The translations under genes and the position numbers were made by a program. Source: Mobula hypostoma (taxonomy: Eukaryota). Taken from it: a DNA stretch of 64,000 nt. Positions 37,456 to 50,809 of the stretch are shown here, piece by piece. Under the pieces are notes generated by a model that ran no database searches, was not told where the DNA came from, and saw only the letters and a list, made by a program, of their open reading frames with translations. The stretch covers positions 208,818,001 through 208,882,000 of the forward strand of contig NC_086097.1 of NCBI RefSeq assembly GCF_963921235.1, read 5' to 3'. Numbering within the stretch: position 1 is the first letter of the stretch; every line of letters starts with the position of its first letter.

Positions 37456-39426
37456 TATAACTACCAACTACTTAACTGGACAACCAGATAAAGAGAACTC
37501 AGCACCCTCCCTTCCCACTGTTCTGATCAGTATTGGACCGTTCCCTCCACCCCATACATGAACAACCTTAACCTGAAGAGAACTGCATGTCTAAGGAGGA
37601 CCTCGTGTGGGTAAATGGTGTGCAGACCTGGTGCTTGTTTCAGTCTGTATGAACTATGCATTTTCTGATTTGCTAAGCTGCAAACTAAAATTACCTTTAG
37701 CCAGCTGAGACCAGTAAAATGTAAGTAAGTTTCCGGCTCTGCCTGATTTTCAGCCTTCGAGCTCTCATTATTAACTGACTCAGTTGGTAAGCTGATTTTA
37801 TGGGGGTGGGTTTGTTTTATGGATTGCTTGAGTTGGTGAGTGCAGGGTGAAGGTACTCATAGGTGTTGTTGCAAAGAGGGATACATATGAGAGGGAGGTC
37901 TGAAGGCGGAAGGATTTGGGTAGGAGAGATGTGAGAGGCACCAATGATCACAGATGTGGCAACAACATCTATATGTTTGTGTATGTGCACATGTGCTAAG
38001 TCTGAGTAGCAGGGCCTAATCTCCATTTTGCTTGATATTGGGATCAAGAGCTCACACTGTCAAGATGGAATGGTAACTAGTATGCACAAAAAAACTGAAC
38101 ATTAAAAGGATTCACACAGAGGGACATTCTGCTCCTGAGAACTGAAGTGGAAACAAACAACCCTTAATCCTCAAGGACTTTGTAAGAAGAGCGTACACAC
38201 TGGCTGTCCAACCAGAACTCATTCACCATCATTCAAACTCCAAGACACACTGATCATTTTGTTCACAGACGTCTCAACTTCATGACCTTGATCCATCCAC
38301 ACTGTCTCCAAATCCTGATCCTCGTCTTTCTAATCCACAGCCCCTCTTCACATCAACATGCCTCCTTTTCCTTTGAGCCTTGTTGGTCATTGGTACACTG
38401 CACTGCTGCCATTTAACTTGCACAAAGAAATTGTAGGTAACCAAGTTCAAAAAATCCTAGAAGAGTTGTACTTAAAATCTTTATAATCTTTGAAAGTGTA
38501 ACGCTAGACCACATCTGCAAAGTATGGATGGCACCTAGACAACACTTGTTCAAATTAACGAGACAGCAACAATTCACTAATAAATTGCACATTACAAAGG
38601 TTATAGAGAAAAAGACAAAGATAGCCAATTACTTTCATATTTATTCTGGCACTGATGTTCTCCCCAGGCGTGCAAGCGAAGATTTATGTGGTTGCCAACT
38701 TAGAAAAACAGGGATTAACCTCTACTTAACCTCACAATACAACTGTTAGGTCAGTTTTCTGCAATATTTCAATCAGCAGTTACCTTTAGGAGTAGGTCAG
38801 ATTAAACAGAAGCTGTAGACAATTGCTATGAAATGTCTGGGCTAAATAGGACAATGAATCAGTGCATTCTCTGTTGATGACATGATTGGTGTATGGAAAC
38901 AGTTCCTTTCTGTCTTCTGTACCATATTATCTGAGCAAGAAACATCAGTTGGTGGGCAAAGGACTGTTGTCCTAATGTCAAGGCAGCTAAAAGGAACATC
39001 TTTGGGGATTTTACTTCGGTAAAATCCAATGGAAAGCATGTCAGTTAAGACATTTCTAGTGGCTCTCAGAAACTCCAGGACAAAGTGATAAATTGCAAAA
39101 TAGACTGATTATTTTCAAAAATATTGCCCACCAATTTCCTGAAGTCTGAATTAGAGGATGATGTCTTCACCTTTGGACCCCAGCATCAGTGGCATGCCTG
39201 CTCCATTTCTTTTCCTTAGCTGAACACAGTCTGAAGCAACATTAGAGGATTTTTAAAATATATATATATACTTTTCTTAGGATCTTGGCATCACAAACAA
39301 AAGCTAGGATTTACTACCCAACCCTATTCCCCCTTGACAAGGAGGTGATGAGCCGACTTATTGAATAGGTGCAATGCTTTGAATTAATGTGGTTCACTAT
39401 TCATTATGAAGGGGTTTCTGCGAGTA

Positions 39427-40345
39427 GAATCAACATCAGAGTGTGATTTATAATCACTGTCATATGAGGTGAAACTTGCTGTTTTTGGCAGCAATACTGT
39501 GAAAATACATAAAACTCAATATGTTATAGAATTAAATAAAGGGTGGAAAAACTAGGAGTGAAAAGGTGCTGTTCATCGGTTCAGGAACTCTTCATAAATC
39601 TGATGGTGGAGGGAAAACATTGTTCCTAAAATGTTGAATGTGTCTTCAGGCTTCTGTAGCTCTACCCTGATGGTAGTAATGAGAAGAGGATATGTACCAG
39701 AAGGCGAGAGTCCTTAATGATGGATGTCACCTCCTTGAGGCACCTCCTTTTGAAGGTGTTCTTGATGGAGGGAGGGCACCCATGATGGAGCTGGATGTAT
39801 CGACAAACTCTTGCAGCCCCTTCTGCATTGGAGCCTCCGAACCAGATGTTGATGCAGCCAAACAGAATGCTCTCCGCAGTACATCTGTAGAAACTTGCCG
39901 GAGTCTATGGTAGCATATCAAATGCCCTCAAACTCCTAATGAAGTATAGCTGCTCACATATCTTCTTTGTAATTGCATCAGTGTGTTGGGCCCAGAATAA
40001 ATTCTCTAAAATGTTAATGTCAAGGAACTTGAAGTTGCTCATCCTTTCCATTGCTGATCCTTCAATGAGGACTGGTGAAAGGACCTGACTTCCCCTTCGT
40101 GAAGTCTACAATCAGTTCCTCGCTCTTGACATGCTGAGTGTGAAGTTGCTGTTGCAACACCATTAAACTAGCCAGTCTATCTCACTACTGTAAGCCTCCT
40201 CATCGCCGTCTGAGATTCTACCAGAAACAGTGGTGTCAAAAGAGATGGTAAAGGTGACATTTGATTATGCTTAACTGCGTAGTCATGAGTGCAGTGAGAG
40301 AGAGTAGAACTAGGCATGCACCCTGGAGGTGCGACTGTGTTGACA
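39427..40345 (-). mobile_element. Rex1/Babar-type LINE fragment, decayed
   Basis: Minus-strand RT and C-terminal remnants and UTR resembling the other Rex1-type pieces in the window. Confidence 0.6.
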
Positions 40346-40349
40346 GTCA

Positions 40350-40580
40350 GTGAGAATTTCTTTAGCCAGAGAGTGGTGAATCTGTTTCAGCTTCATTACC
40401 ACAGCTGTGGAGACCAAGTCTTTATGTATATTTAAGGCAAAGGTTGATAGATTCTTGATTGGTCGGGCAAAAAGGGATACAGGGTGAAGGCAGGAGATAG
40501 GATTATCCAAGATGAAATGGCAGAGCAGACTCGATTGGCCAATTGGCCTAATTCTGCACCTATATCTTATGATCTTATGA
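40350..40580 (+). mobile_element. CR1 3' end fragment
   Basis: AATTTCTTTAGCCAGAGAGTGGTGAATCTG..TATATCTTATGATCTTATG tail. Confidence 0.8.
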
Positions 40581-41609
40581 TAAAGTCATCTGTCAGCCTC
40601 CTTCGCTTTTGGGGGAAAAAAAATCCAAGTCTATCCAATCTCTCCTTAAAATGTTTTTCAGTCCAGGCACTTGAAAACACTTTTATGAATATCTTTCAAG
40701 GTTCCTGGCTCCTGGCAGAGTTATGGCAGATTTTCTCTTGTTTGCAATGTAATAAGTGTTTTACTGCTTTCTCCATTCATCTAAGGTCCAGTTTACTCCA
40801 TCTTATTTTCCTTTTTCAGTAGTTATTCTGTGAAACTGACTACTAATAAATTTTGCACGACAGCCTTTGGATTTGAAGAAGTTCAAAATAAAAAGAACAA
40901 TGTTAAGCATTAGATTTATTCTAAGCAGTTGTAGCAATTTATGCAATATAACTAGGTTGTTGATATTATAAGGCACCATTATCATAAGGTTTTATTTGGC
41001 AAGCTAACTTTTCAGCTAGTTACAGGCTCATAATTCATTGATACAAATCCCAATGAATTGTATTGTCAAGCTACATGTCCAATTTTGTCAGAATGTCTCT
41101 GGCACATCTCTCTCCACAAATATTCTTTTATTGCTTTGCATCCAGGGTTAAAATTTGGGCCAATTTCTTTAGCCATACTGTCTGACAATCATTTTTTCCA
41201 CTTTCGTTGATGTGCTTCAGCAGTGTATTATGTATGCCCTTTTCTCTTTAGCACAGATGAATCAGCAACCAAAACTATTCAAAGCTTAGAATCTACAATG
41301 TCCTTTTCAAGACATGAATGAGATTCTCCAAAATAAACACATTTATTGTCCAAGAGCAGAACACTGGATATGAATCTGCTTACTCAACCCAAGTCACAGT
41401 ACAAACTGTCTGCTGCTGTCTCACTTCACTGCTGCCAAGAATTACCCTGTTTCACATCAATTATATCTTACATGTTCATGATCATGATGCACTTTGCTGT
41501 TTCACGTTGCAAGTACATTTTTGACTCTTCCCTGCTGTTGAATGCTGTGACAGGTGGTGAGATGGAGTTCTCCAATAACATATCCAAATAGACATTCTTC
41601 ATGGGTAAG

Positions 41610-41930
41610 CGTAAAGACAAAGATTAGCTTTAATGTTAGAGGTACATTGAAACTTTGGAACATAGGGTGAAAAGTTATTGTTTGCATCCTTGACCAGCAC
41701 AGTACAAGGATGACCTGCAGGCAGCCCACATATGTTGCCATGCTTCTGCTGCTAACACAACATACCCACAACTTACTAACCCTAACCTTAACCTGTATGT
41801 CTTTGGAATGTAGGAAGAAACTGGAGCACCAGGAGGAAACTCACGCAGTCACAGGAACACGTACAAACTCTTTACAGACAACAGTAGGAATTGATTACTG
41901 GTCGCTGGCACTGTAAAGCGTTGAGCTACC
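41610..41930 (-). mobile_element. V-SINE/HE1-like SINE
   Basis: GTCTTTGGAATGTAGGAAGAAACTGGAGCACCAGGAGGAAACTCACGCAGTCACAGG..TACAAACTC is the reverse complement of the V-domain. Confidence 0.7.
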
Positions 41931-44900
41931 TTGCAACTCTTGACATGCTATTCAACCACCATGGACATTACAGCCATGCTGCATGACAACAAAAGGCTTC
42001 CATTGTCAAGGGGATCCTCCATCCATTTGCAAAAAACTTCATCTGATTCTTTAATGTTGCCATATAACTTTGTCTTTCCTTGGAGTGCAAAACATTTCCT
42101 TGCCAGGATATAGAAATACCCAAAAAAAGGCGAAGCAATAGTCTGTGAAATTGAAGGCAGGTCAGTAGTAACAGAATTAACATGGAATTTATGAACACAG
42201 CCATGCTTCAAACATATTTAATGTCTCAGTGAACATCATCTGTGGAAGAGAAACAAAATGTTTGAAGTCAACGATCTGTCATCAAATCTGTAAGAGAGGA
42301 ACTGTGTTTTATATTGCAGAGGTGGGGGAGGTGTTGGCAGACACTAAAAGGGAATGACTAATAGGATGGAGACAACAATTGTCAAGCTAACAATTTTTTA
42401 AAAGCTGGCCATGAGAAACAGAGGAGAATAAAACAAAAGAAACTAAAACAGAAACGTACAGCCACATCTGTGCAGAAACAAATGTGGTGGCTGTCTGAAA
42501 CTGTTAACATTGATTATTGATTATCAGAGTATTTGTATTGACTATATATATAGAGAAACTGAATGAAGTTGAAGGAGAAGTTCAATATTAGAAATCCTTT
42601 AACTAAGTGAAAGACAATGCTGGAAGAAGAAAAAGAAAGAGAGGAAGGAAAGGGCCCAGCAGACAGTCCAGTGCAGAATGATAGTGAAATGGAAATGTCA
42701 CTGTTTAGGACGGCAACAGCAATAGAAGTGGGAAGGAAAGGATACAGATAAGGTAGGAAGAATTAAGTTCTGTGGGCAGAAGCAAACAGAATCAATAAAT
42801 CCACCAGGATGATACTGCTGCAGAAGCAAAAAGGAGATTTTGGGGATTCTGGCTGGAGAATGCGAGGAGATGATCTTCCAAGGAAATGAGACCAGTGACT
42901 CTCTGTGAGACAACGTCTTGATGGCTGGTGGTGGATTCATAGTCTGGAGGAGATAAGAAGTTCAGGTTCAAGTTCAGTTTATTTCCGTTCATCCATACAC
43001 ATGTATACCACCCAATGAAAAAATGTTCCTCTGAACCAAGGTGCACAGCACATTATATATAACCCCCACACCACACCTAAGTAATATTACCACACGTAGG
43101 TTAAATAAGGCGCATTTACAACACAAGTTAAAAAGAAAGCAGTATAATGCTACTGCTACTTCATACATGATGAGATCTGGGTGGTGGCAGGGAGTTCAGT
43201 GATCGGTCTGAGAGCTGACATTCGGTTTCCGCTAGACAGACGTCAGTTCACTAAACCAAAATAGTACCAGCCTTTTCAGAAGGTATGATGATGATGCCCA
43301 GAATTGGTTCTTAATAAACGAATGTCTGCAAGTTCAATGGGAATTGATTAGAGCTGGTAAAGACAATAGAAAAATTAAGTGACTCCATTTCTCAAGAACA
43401 GTTGGCAATTACAGCATCTAAAGGGAGTTAGAAGCTGGAAGGAGGACTCCAATTGAATTGTGAATTCTGAAGGATCCGGTAGCTTCTGTAAATTACTTCT
43501 TTTCTTCAAGAAATACTCCTGGCTTACTCAATATATTGTATACTCAGCTTGAGTTTGGTGATGCAGGCTTCACTTTAGCACGTTCTGATAGACAATAAGC
43601 CCGAGACATGACCCCTGACATTTAATGCATCAGCATGAACATCCTGGGTGTTACCAGTTACCAGAAATGAAAGGTCAGCCACATGAATACTGTAGCTACA
43701 AGAGCAGATTGGATTCTATGTATCCTGTGACAACCAATAAAAAACAACTCTGCTTCCCTTTTCGCCATCCAAAGAACACAAGTCACAAACCTGATGGAAC
43801 GCTCTCCTGCCATCTGGATACATACCATTCAACAATGTTAAAAAAGCTCAAAATAAATAAAGCTACAGAAGTTGAAAATCCGAAATAAAAATAGAAAATG
43901 CAAGAAACACCCACGGATCAGGCAGCATCTGCAGAAAGAGAAACAGTTAATATTTTAGGTCTTGTGAATGTTTCTGAACCTGAAATGTTAACTGCATCTT
44001 TTTCTGCAGATGCTACCTCACCTGCTGTGTGTATTTACTTTTAGCAATTTCTGTTTTTTATATTGAAGAAGCTGTAACAATAGCCATCTAGAACAATGTA
44101 GCCTTTCACTGGTAACTCAGTCACAATGCACTCCTTCCATCTTGGACACACTACAACTGCAATGTCAACCATTTGCAAAATGCACTGCAGTAATTTACCA
44201 GGACTTTGACAGCACTTCCCGATCCAAAACCTTAACAACATTTTCCAGCTTTTCAAAGACATCAACACAAACTTGCAGATCCCATTCTAAATATGCTAAT
44301 TGGATCTAAATCCTGGAATCCTCATTACTGACGTACTGCAAGAATATTTTTATCGGAAGACCTTCTGTGATTCAAGAAGAAAGGAATCTAAAAACCGCCT
44401 TCTCAAATACAGTCAGGATGAACAATACTTTACTTTACAATAGTAGAGGACTTGCCACAGATGCTTTAATCTTTTAATGAAGTAAACAAAAGTATTGATG
44501 TGGTAAATACCATCCTCAATATTTACTGCAGCAAATTGCCAACACTATTTGATAATGTCTCCCAAGGCTGTCAGTACCACCTCTAAAAGAACATGACAAC
44601 AAAGATATAGGTACTTCTTCTGGACCTCCACTACGTGACTGGGAAATATATAACTACTCTGTCTAAGTTGTTGAATCAAAATCATGGAACTTCTTACTTA
44701 ACAAATTATTAGGCATTTCGTCAGAAAGGATCCAGCAGTTCAGTATTTATTTAGAGACACAGCATGGAGTAGGCCATGTTGCTTGGATTTCCAGCATCTG
44801 CAGGTTTTCTCTTGTCTGTGACTGGAGTAGGCCCTTCTGCCCCTAAGAGACATGACACATCGGCAACCCCTGACAAACCCGACTAACTCTAATCTAATCA

Positions 44901-45339
44901 CAGGACAAATAACAATGACTGATTAGCCTACTAACCATCACTCCTTGTTTGAGAACAATTAGATTTATTCAGTAAATGCTGGTATCCCCCACAAAAATTG
45001 TCATGGAAATGTTTTTACTAGGTGAATAAACAAACTTCAAAGAAAAAGATCAGCCTTTTAATTTTAACCAGGTAAACGCTTATACATTTTATTGGCTACA
45101 GAAAAGTAAACACACCACTTCCACTTTTTGAGTATTTATGTTAACTACAGTCAAATGGATTTAGCTACTTCAGCTGCAGGGAATGAACAGCTTTGTATTG
45201 TATTGTTATTTGTTCGCCATACCATTTTGTAATGCTTCATTTCAATGAAATAAATACCCAACCTTCTTCAAGTTCTGGGCATAAAGAAACATTCAAAACC
45301 AGAAAATATTAGATGGATTTATACCAAGGGCACAACCTT

Positions 45340-45935
45340 GAAGATTAGGTTGCCTTCGGAGTTTCGGGATTTTGTGGCTCTGGAGCCAGGTGGACTCCAG
45401 GTCAGTGCCTCTGCAGGAAATCGGTGTGTTATGGGAGGTGGAAGATCTCTGGCTATGTGCCCAGAGACCCGAGTTTTTGGGCACAGAGCTCAGAAAAAGC
45501 TATTGAATGGACTTTTAACATCGTAAATCATTGAGTTGTTTGTTATGTCTCCCCTCTCGCTGTGAAACGGAGACATCTCTTTTTCCCTTATTAGGAACAG
45601 AGAGAGCCTGGGGTATGTCAAATTACCAGGTGAAAGAGTAGTCTTTGGGGTATTGCAAGTCTGTGTTGTTACTGATACTTTGTTGCACGCGTGAGTGCTT
45701 GGTGGGGGGTGCCGATGCTCTTTTTGCTGGTAGGGGAGGGGGAATCATTGCTTTGCTGCTGCTTACACATGGGAGGGGGAAGCTGGGGAGGGGAATTTGA
45801 GGTTCTAACATTTAACTGTCATTCATTCCTTGGGGCACTCCTCTGTCTTAGCGGACGGTTGGGAAGAAAAAGAATTCCTGGATGTATGTCGTATACATTT
45901 CTCTGACATTAAATGTACCTTTGAAACCTTTGAAG
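45340..45935 (+). mobile_element. Non-coding retroposon or LINE 3' UTR fragment with (CTTTGAA)n-like tail
   Basis: Ends CTCTGACATTAAATGTACCTTTGAAACCTTTGAA; no coding motif recognised. Confidence 0.5.
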
Positions 45936-45979
45936 CAGCATCCATGCAAAGAGAAACCAAATAATACTTCAGGCTGGCC

Positions 45980-46633
45980 AACACTGACGGAGAAGATGGT
46001 GGCGAGACAAAGCACACAGGGCCGTTCCAATTGATATCGATATGTGTAACTCGGAGTGCCGTGCACAATCCGGATTTGATGGGGACAGCCATGAGAAAGC
46101 ACAGAGGAACATCTGGATTAACTTCTGAAATGCCTGCTTCGCTGCCGCTGCTACTGTGCGATCGAGAATCTCCGGAGACAAAGGCTCCAAATCCTTGGCT
46201 TTGCGTATCACCTGTTGCCCGGGCCAGGGTTGAAACGCTCGGTAGAAATGGTGCTCGGTGCTCGGTGTCGAACAGGTGGTCGGAAGCTCGGAGTTTTTCG
46301 GACGGACTCGGAGTCGGACTGTGATCAGATGCTTCCGGGATGCTGCACCGGCAAGTTGGCGGCGCTGAAGGTTTACCGTCTGCGTGAGATGATGGGACTT
46401 TCGAGAGACTCTGAGACTTTTACTGTACCATGGTCTGTTCTTATCAAATTACGGTATTGCTTTGCACTGTTGTAACTATATGTTATAATTATGTGGTTTT
46501 TGTTAGTTTTTAAGTCAGTTTGTCATGTGTTTTTTGTGATATCATTCTGGAAAAACATTTTTATTATTTCTTAATGCATGCATTACTAAATGACAATAAA
46601 AGGGGACTGCATGTCCTTATAATCATAATCATC
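45980..46633 (+). mobile_element. ~650-bp non-coding retroposon, copy 2
   Basis: Collinear with 10986-11655; GGAGAAGATGGTGGCG head, GGGGAC-TGCAT-GTCCTT hairpin and (ATAATC)n tail. Confidence 0.8.
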
Positions 46634-46799
46634 GTAAGAATCTGTTTTCCTCTCTCTTATGGTATTTCCATCAGTCCCTTTCATACTGTTCTGCCTTTAT
46701 GGTAACTGCTTCGCTTCTTATCTTTGATAATATTCTGACCAAGGTTCTGACCAAGATGTTCGAAGCCACAGAGAGATGTAAATACTGTCCAATCTATTT

Positions 46800-47042
46800 C
46801 AAGCTCCAGCACCCAGGGCATGCCCTTTTCTCACTGTTACTATCAGGTAGGAGGTACAGAAGCCTGAAGGCACACACTCAGTGATTCAGGAACAGCTTCT
46901 TCCCCTCTGCCATCCGATTCCTCAATGGACATTGAACCCTTGGACACTACCTCATTTTAAAAAAGTATACCGTATTTCTGTTTTTGCACAATTTTAATCT
47001 ATTCATTATACATAATCTACTTACTTGTTTATTATTTATTTA

Positions 47043-47076
<34 letters not shown>

Positions 47077-47165
47077 TGGATTATGTATTGCATTGAACTG
47101 CTGCTGCTAAGTTAACAAATTTCACATCACATGCCGTTGATGATAAACCTGATTCTGATTCTCTT
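46800..47165 (+). mobile_element. Rex1/Babar-type 3' fragment containing a (CT)n microsatellite
   Basis: HPGHALFSLLLSGRRYRSLKAHTQ and an ATAAACCTGATTCTGATT tail. Confidence 0.75.
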
Positions 47166-48089
47166 TCCTTCTATCCAGTGCACCTTCATGGTGTGTTATA
47201 TCACAAAGGCCAACAATATTGTCAAGGATACCTGCCACCCTGACCATTTCCTTTTCTCTCATCTAGCTTCTAAGAAGAGGCACAGAGCTTGAAAGGTCAG
47301 AGGACCAGACTGAAGAACAGCTTCTACCCCACTGCTATCATATTCTGAACCCCCTCTTTCTGGTGCTGTTGCATATTTTCAAACCTTTAATACCCCCATT
47401 ATTGTGACTTTAGCATTTCTACTTGCACTCCTTCAGTTTGAACTCCTGCACTTTGCATCATCCTGCTGTTGTTTGCTCGTTGTCATATTTCACTTATCAT
47501 TATTGTGTACGTGGCAATAATATACATTCAACTCTGAGTTTCACACAGCTATAAATTTCATTGCACCCTGGTGTTTACAAGCAGCTAATCTAAATCTGAA
47601 TCTTAATCTGAATATGCTTCTGCCTTCTGAATCATCATCACTTGTTTCTCCAAGTGCTGCTTGACTGACTAATTCCTGCAGGATTTTTATTCTTGTTTCA
47701 GATTCTAGCAGCCACAGTTTTATTTCTTGTCTATTAAAGTATGAATGGCTTTTTTTTCTAAATGATAACAAAGCAGAAAACCTTCGTTCTTCATGGAGGG
47801 TTTATGGAAGACTTTCCACAGTGAAGTAATGCGATGAGATACTGGTGCAGCTTTTGAAAGAAAATGATATTGGAGCTGAGAAATGATATTTATGCTGCAT
47901 CTACTCTCCTTCCACTGAAGTTATAAGAAAGTTGGACAACCCTCACAAAGAACTATGGCTGATTTAACAGTGTGGTGGTTTCACTATTTATTACAGTACC
48001 TCTGGTTTGGGCAGGGAAGAACCACTATTACTGAGTTTGAAAACCGATACGTATAGTTCTTACTGTCAGTCTTGAATCAATGAAGCTCT

Positions 48090-48340
48090 TTTCCTTTTGG
48101 TTCTGAAGATGATGGGTTTAAATCCAACTCCAGAGATTTGGATTTATAATCTAAGTTTAACACCTGACTGCTGTTAGGAGGTAGTTCTGCACTAAAAGAG
48201 ATTCTGTGTGTTACACTGAGGTCCCTTCACTCTCAGAGGTAAACATGAAAGAAGCCAAAATGTTAAGTATTTTTTAAATGAACTGGAATCTTCTGGTTGT
48301 ACAAGTCAAAACTTAACCCTAAATCACCCGGCAGTAAAAT
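48090..48340 (+). mobile_element. DeuSINE/SacSINE-like remnant
   Basis: GGGTTTAAATCCAACTCCAGAGA head and CTCTCAGAGGTAAACATGAAAGAAGCC Deu-like core, strongly diverged. Confidence 0.45.
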
Positions 48341-48819
48341 AGATTGGGGCTAGAACAGCAAATTTAGCATTCATTAGCTACCGATTTCAGTTAGAATTAC
48401 AGAGCACACTATTGCTCATTACAGAGCTCATGATAAAATGGTGGTTCAGACTCGATGGGCCGAATGGCCGATTCTGCTCCTTTGTCTTATGGTCTTATTG
48501 GACAGAGATGCATTGACTCTGCATTGGGTATACCCACTCACTAGAAAATACGGTGCTGTGCTGTTCTCATTTACAGGTGGAGGTGGTCTCCACACATTGA
48601 TAATATCAGCATTAAAGGGAAAGCTTCATGACCACCACTGCCAAAAACCTATTTTGTAAGTCTGAGCTACTGAAAGATCTACTTGTTTTACTGACCCATG
48701 GATTGTCCATGTCACCTTTTTGAAAAATGCTTGTTTCACATTTTGTTAAAGCCAATGCTGTCACACAAATCATTAGAGTTCCTTAAGATTTTCATGCGCT
48801 ATCTTATTTGCCAATAACG

Positions 48820-49090
48820 TGGAACGGTAGCATAGTGGTTCGTACGTGCTTCACAGTAGCATCGACCTGGCCTCAATTTCCACTGCTGCCACTGTCTGTA
48901 AGGAATTTGTACATTCTCCCCATAACCACATGTGTTTCCTTTGGGTGCTCCAGTTTCCTCCAATAGTCCAAAGATTGGTCATTGTAAATTGTCTTGTGAT
49001 TAGGCTAGGATAAAATCTGGGTATTGTTGGACAATGCAGCTCATAGGGCTGGAAGAGCCTATTCCGCGTTGTAACTCAATAAATAAATAA
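48820..49090 (+). mobile_element. V-SINE/HE1-like tRNA-derived SINE
   Basis: CGGTAGCATAGTGGTT head, GTTTCCTTTGGGTGCTCCAGTTTCCTCC..TCCAAAGA V-domain and (AAAT)n tail. Confidence 0.75.
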
Positions 49091-49091
49091 G

Positions 49092-49159
49092 TAGATAGAT
49101 AGATAGATAGATAGGTAGATAAGTAGATAGATAGATAGACAGGTAGTTAAGTAGATAGG

Positions 49160-49193
<34 letters not shown>

Positions 49194-49200
49194 CATAGAG
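49092..49200. repeat. (GATA)n microsatellite, imperfect
   Basis: Read directly from the sequence. Confidence 0.95.
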
Positions 49201-49224
49201 ATGGATAAAGAAACAAACAAAATG

Positions 49225-49565
49225 AAGTTCAAAGTAAAGTTTATTATCAGAGTACAAACATGTCACAACATACAACACTAAGATTCTTTTTCTGCAGGCA
49301 TACTTATCAAATATATACAACAGTATCTGTAAACTGTAAATATCAGGAACTGTTAACTATAAACACACTGTGCAAATGCAGATATAATAAACAGCAATAA
49401 ATAACATGCATGAAATAACAATATACCAGTCCTTAAATGAGTGTAACTATCCCCCTTTTGTTCAAGAGCCTGATGGTTGAGGACTGGTAACTGTTCTTGA
49501 ACCTGGTGGTGTGAGTCCTGAGGTATCTGTACCTTTTACCTGATGGCAGCAGTGAGAAAAGATCA
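49225..49565 (-). mobile_element. Rex1/Babar-type 3' fragment, same family as 6630-7055
   Basis: Shared TTCAAAGTAAA..TATCAGAGTACA..GTTCAAGA..ATGGTTGAGG blocks. Confidence 0.7.
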
Positions 49566-50016
49566 ACAAACTAAATTTGCATCATCTTAGCCAATTTAAG
49601 AATGGAAATCGTGCCACACTTTAATATATATAAAAGTGATAACAGATGCATTGAAAATATTTGATAGGTACCTTTCTGAAGAACAGACTAGTGCTGAACT
49701 GCGTTGAAGGAGCTGAGTACGTTTGAGTGAAGAGACAATTCATGTGAAACTGACAGTTCAGCAGAACTTCCAATCAATGCAGAGAAACTGACAGAGGAGT
49801 GTCACTTTTTAAGACCAGCAAGTAATAATCCAAGAATGAACCAGCAAACCTAATCCTTCTCAGGATCTCACTTAGCCGGAGAACTCATGCAAGTCAGTGG
49901 TGGAGGTGTGCTGTAGAAACTGGGTGGAACCTGGATAGGTCATAGCAGAGGCCGTCCATCAAAGTAAAGGCCAGAAGCTTCCAACTCCCAGAGGTATGGC
50001 AAGAGACTGATTTCAC

Positions 50017-50628
50017 CAGCAACACACACAAAACGCTGGTGGAACGCAGCAGGCCAGGCAGCATCCATAGGAAGAAGCACAGTCGACGTTTCGGGCCGAG
50101 ACCCTTCGTCAGGACTAACTGAAAGAAGAGATAGTAAGAGATTTGAAAGTGGAAGGAGGAGGGGGAGATCCGAAATGACAGAAGACAGGAGGAGTAGGGA
50201 TGAGGCTAAGAGCTGGAAAGTTGATTGGCAAAAGGGATACCAGGCTGGAGAAGGGAGAGGATCATGGAATGGGAGGGCTAGGGAGAAAGAAAGGGGGAGG
50301 GGAGCATCAGAGGAAGATATAGTGAGAGGGACAGAGGGAGAAAAAAGAGAGAGAAAGAAAGGGGGAAAATAAATAAATGAACAAACAAACAAACAAACAA
50401 ATAAATAAATAGATATGGGATGGGGTAAGAAGGGGAGGTGGGGCATTAACGGAGATTAGAGAAGTCAATGTCCATGCCATCAGGTTGGAGGCTACCCAGA
50501 CGGAATATAAGGTGTTGTTCCTCCAACCTGAGTGTGGCTTCATCTTGACAGTAGAGGGTGCCATGGATAGACATGTCAGAATGGGAATGGGACGTGGAAT
50601 TAAAATGTGTGGCCACTGGGAGATTGAT
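50017..50628 (-). mobile_element. PLE 3' fragment (end of GIY-YIG, 3' UTR, HHR)
   Basis: Reverse complement of ~35810-36380; flanked by TGGCAAGAGACTGATTTCAC (49997-50016) and TGGTAAGGGACTGATTTCAC (50629-50648). Confidence 0.92.
50080..50117 (-). ncRNA. Minimal type-I hammerhead ribozyme
   Basis: Minus strand TAGTC-CTGACGA-AGGGTCTCGGCCC-GAAAC-GTC-GACTG; helix II GGGT/GCCC with a CTCG loop. Confidence 0.85.
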
Positions 50629-50809
50629 TGGTAAGGGACTGATTTCACTTAGTGAGTGACTCCATCAATATGCCTACGTACTGTATATTCCAACTGGAAA
50701 TCAGTAGTTATGTGGCTTGGCTTCTCTAACCCCATTATATGTTCACGATCCTAGCTGCAGATGATATGCAAGTGGGAGTCCAGAGGGGGTCCATAAATAA
50801 GATGACTTA

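Noticed and set aside
48820..48900. tRNA-like sequence (also at 4140-4210)
   Set aside because: No cloverleaf is evident, and it is followed by a V-domain, so it is a decayed SINE head.
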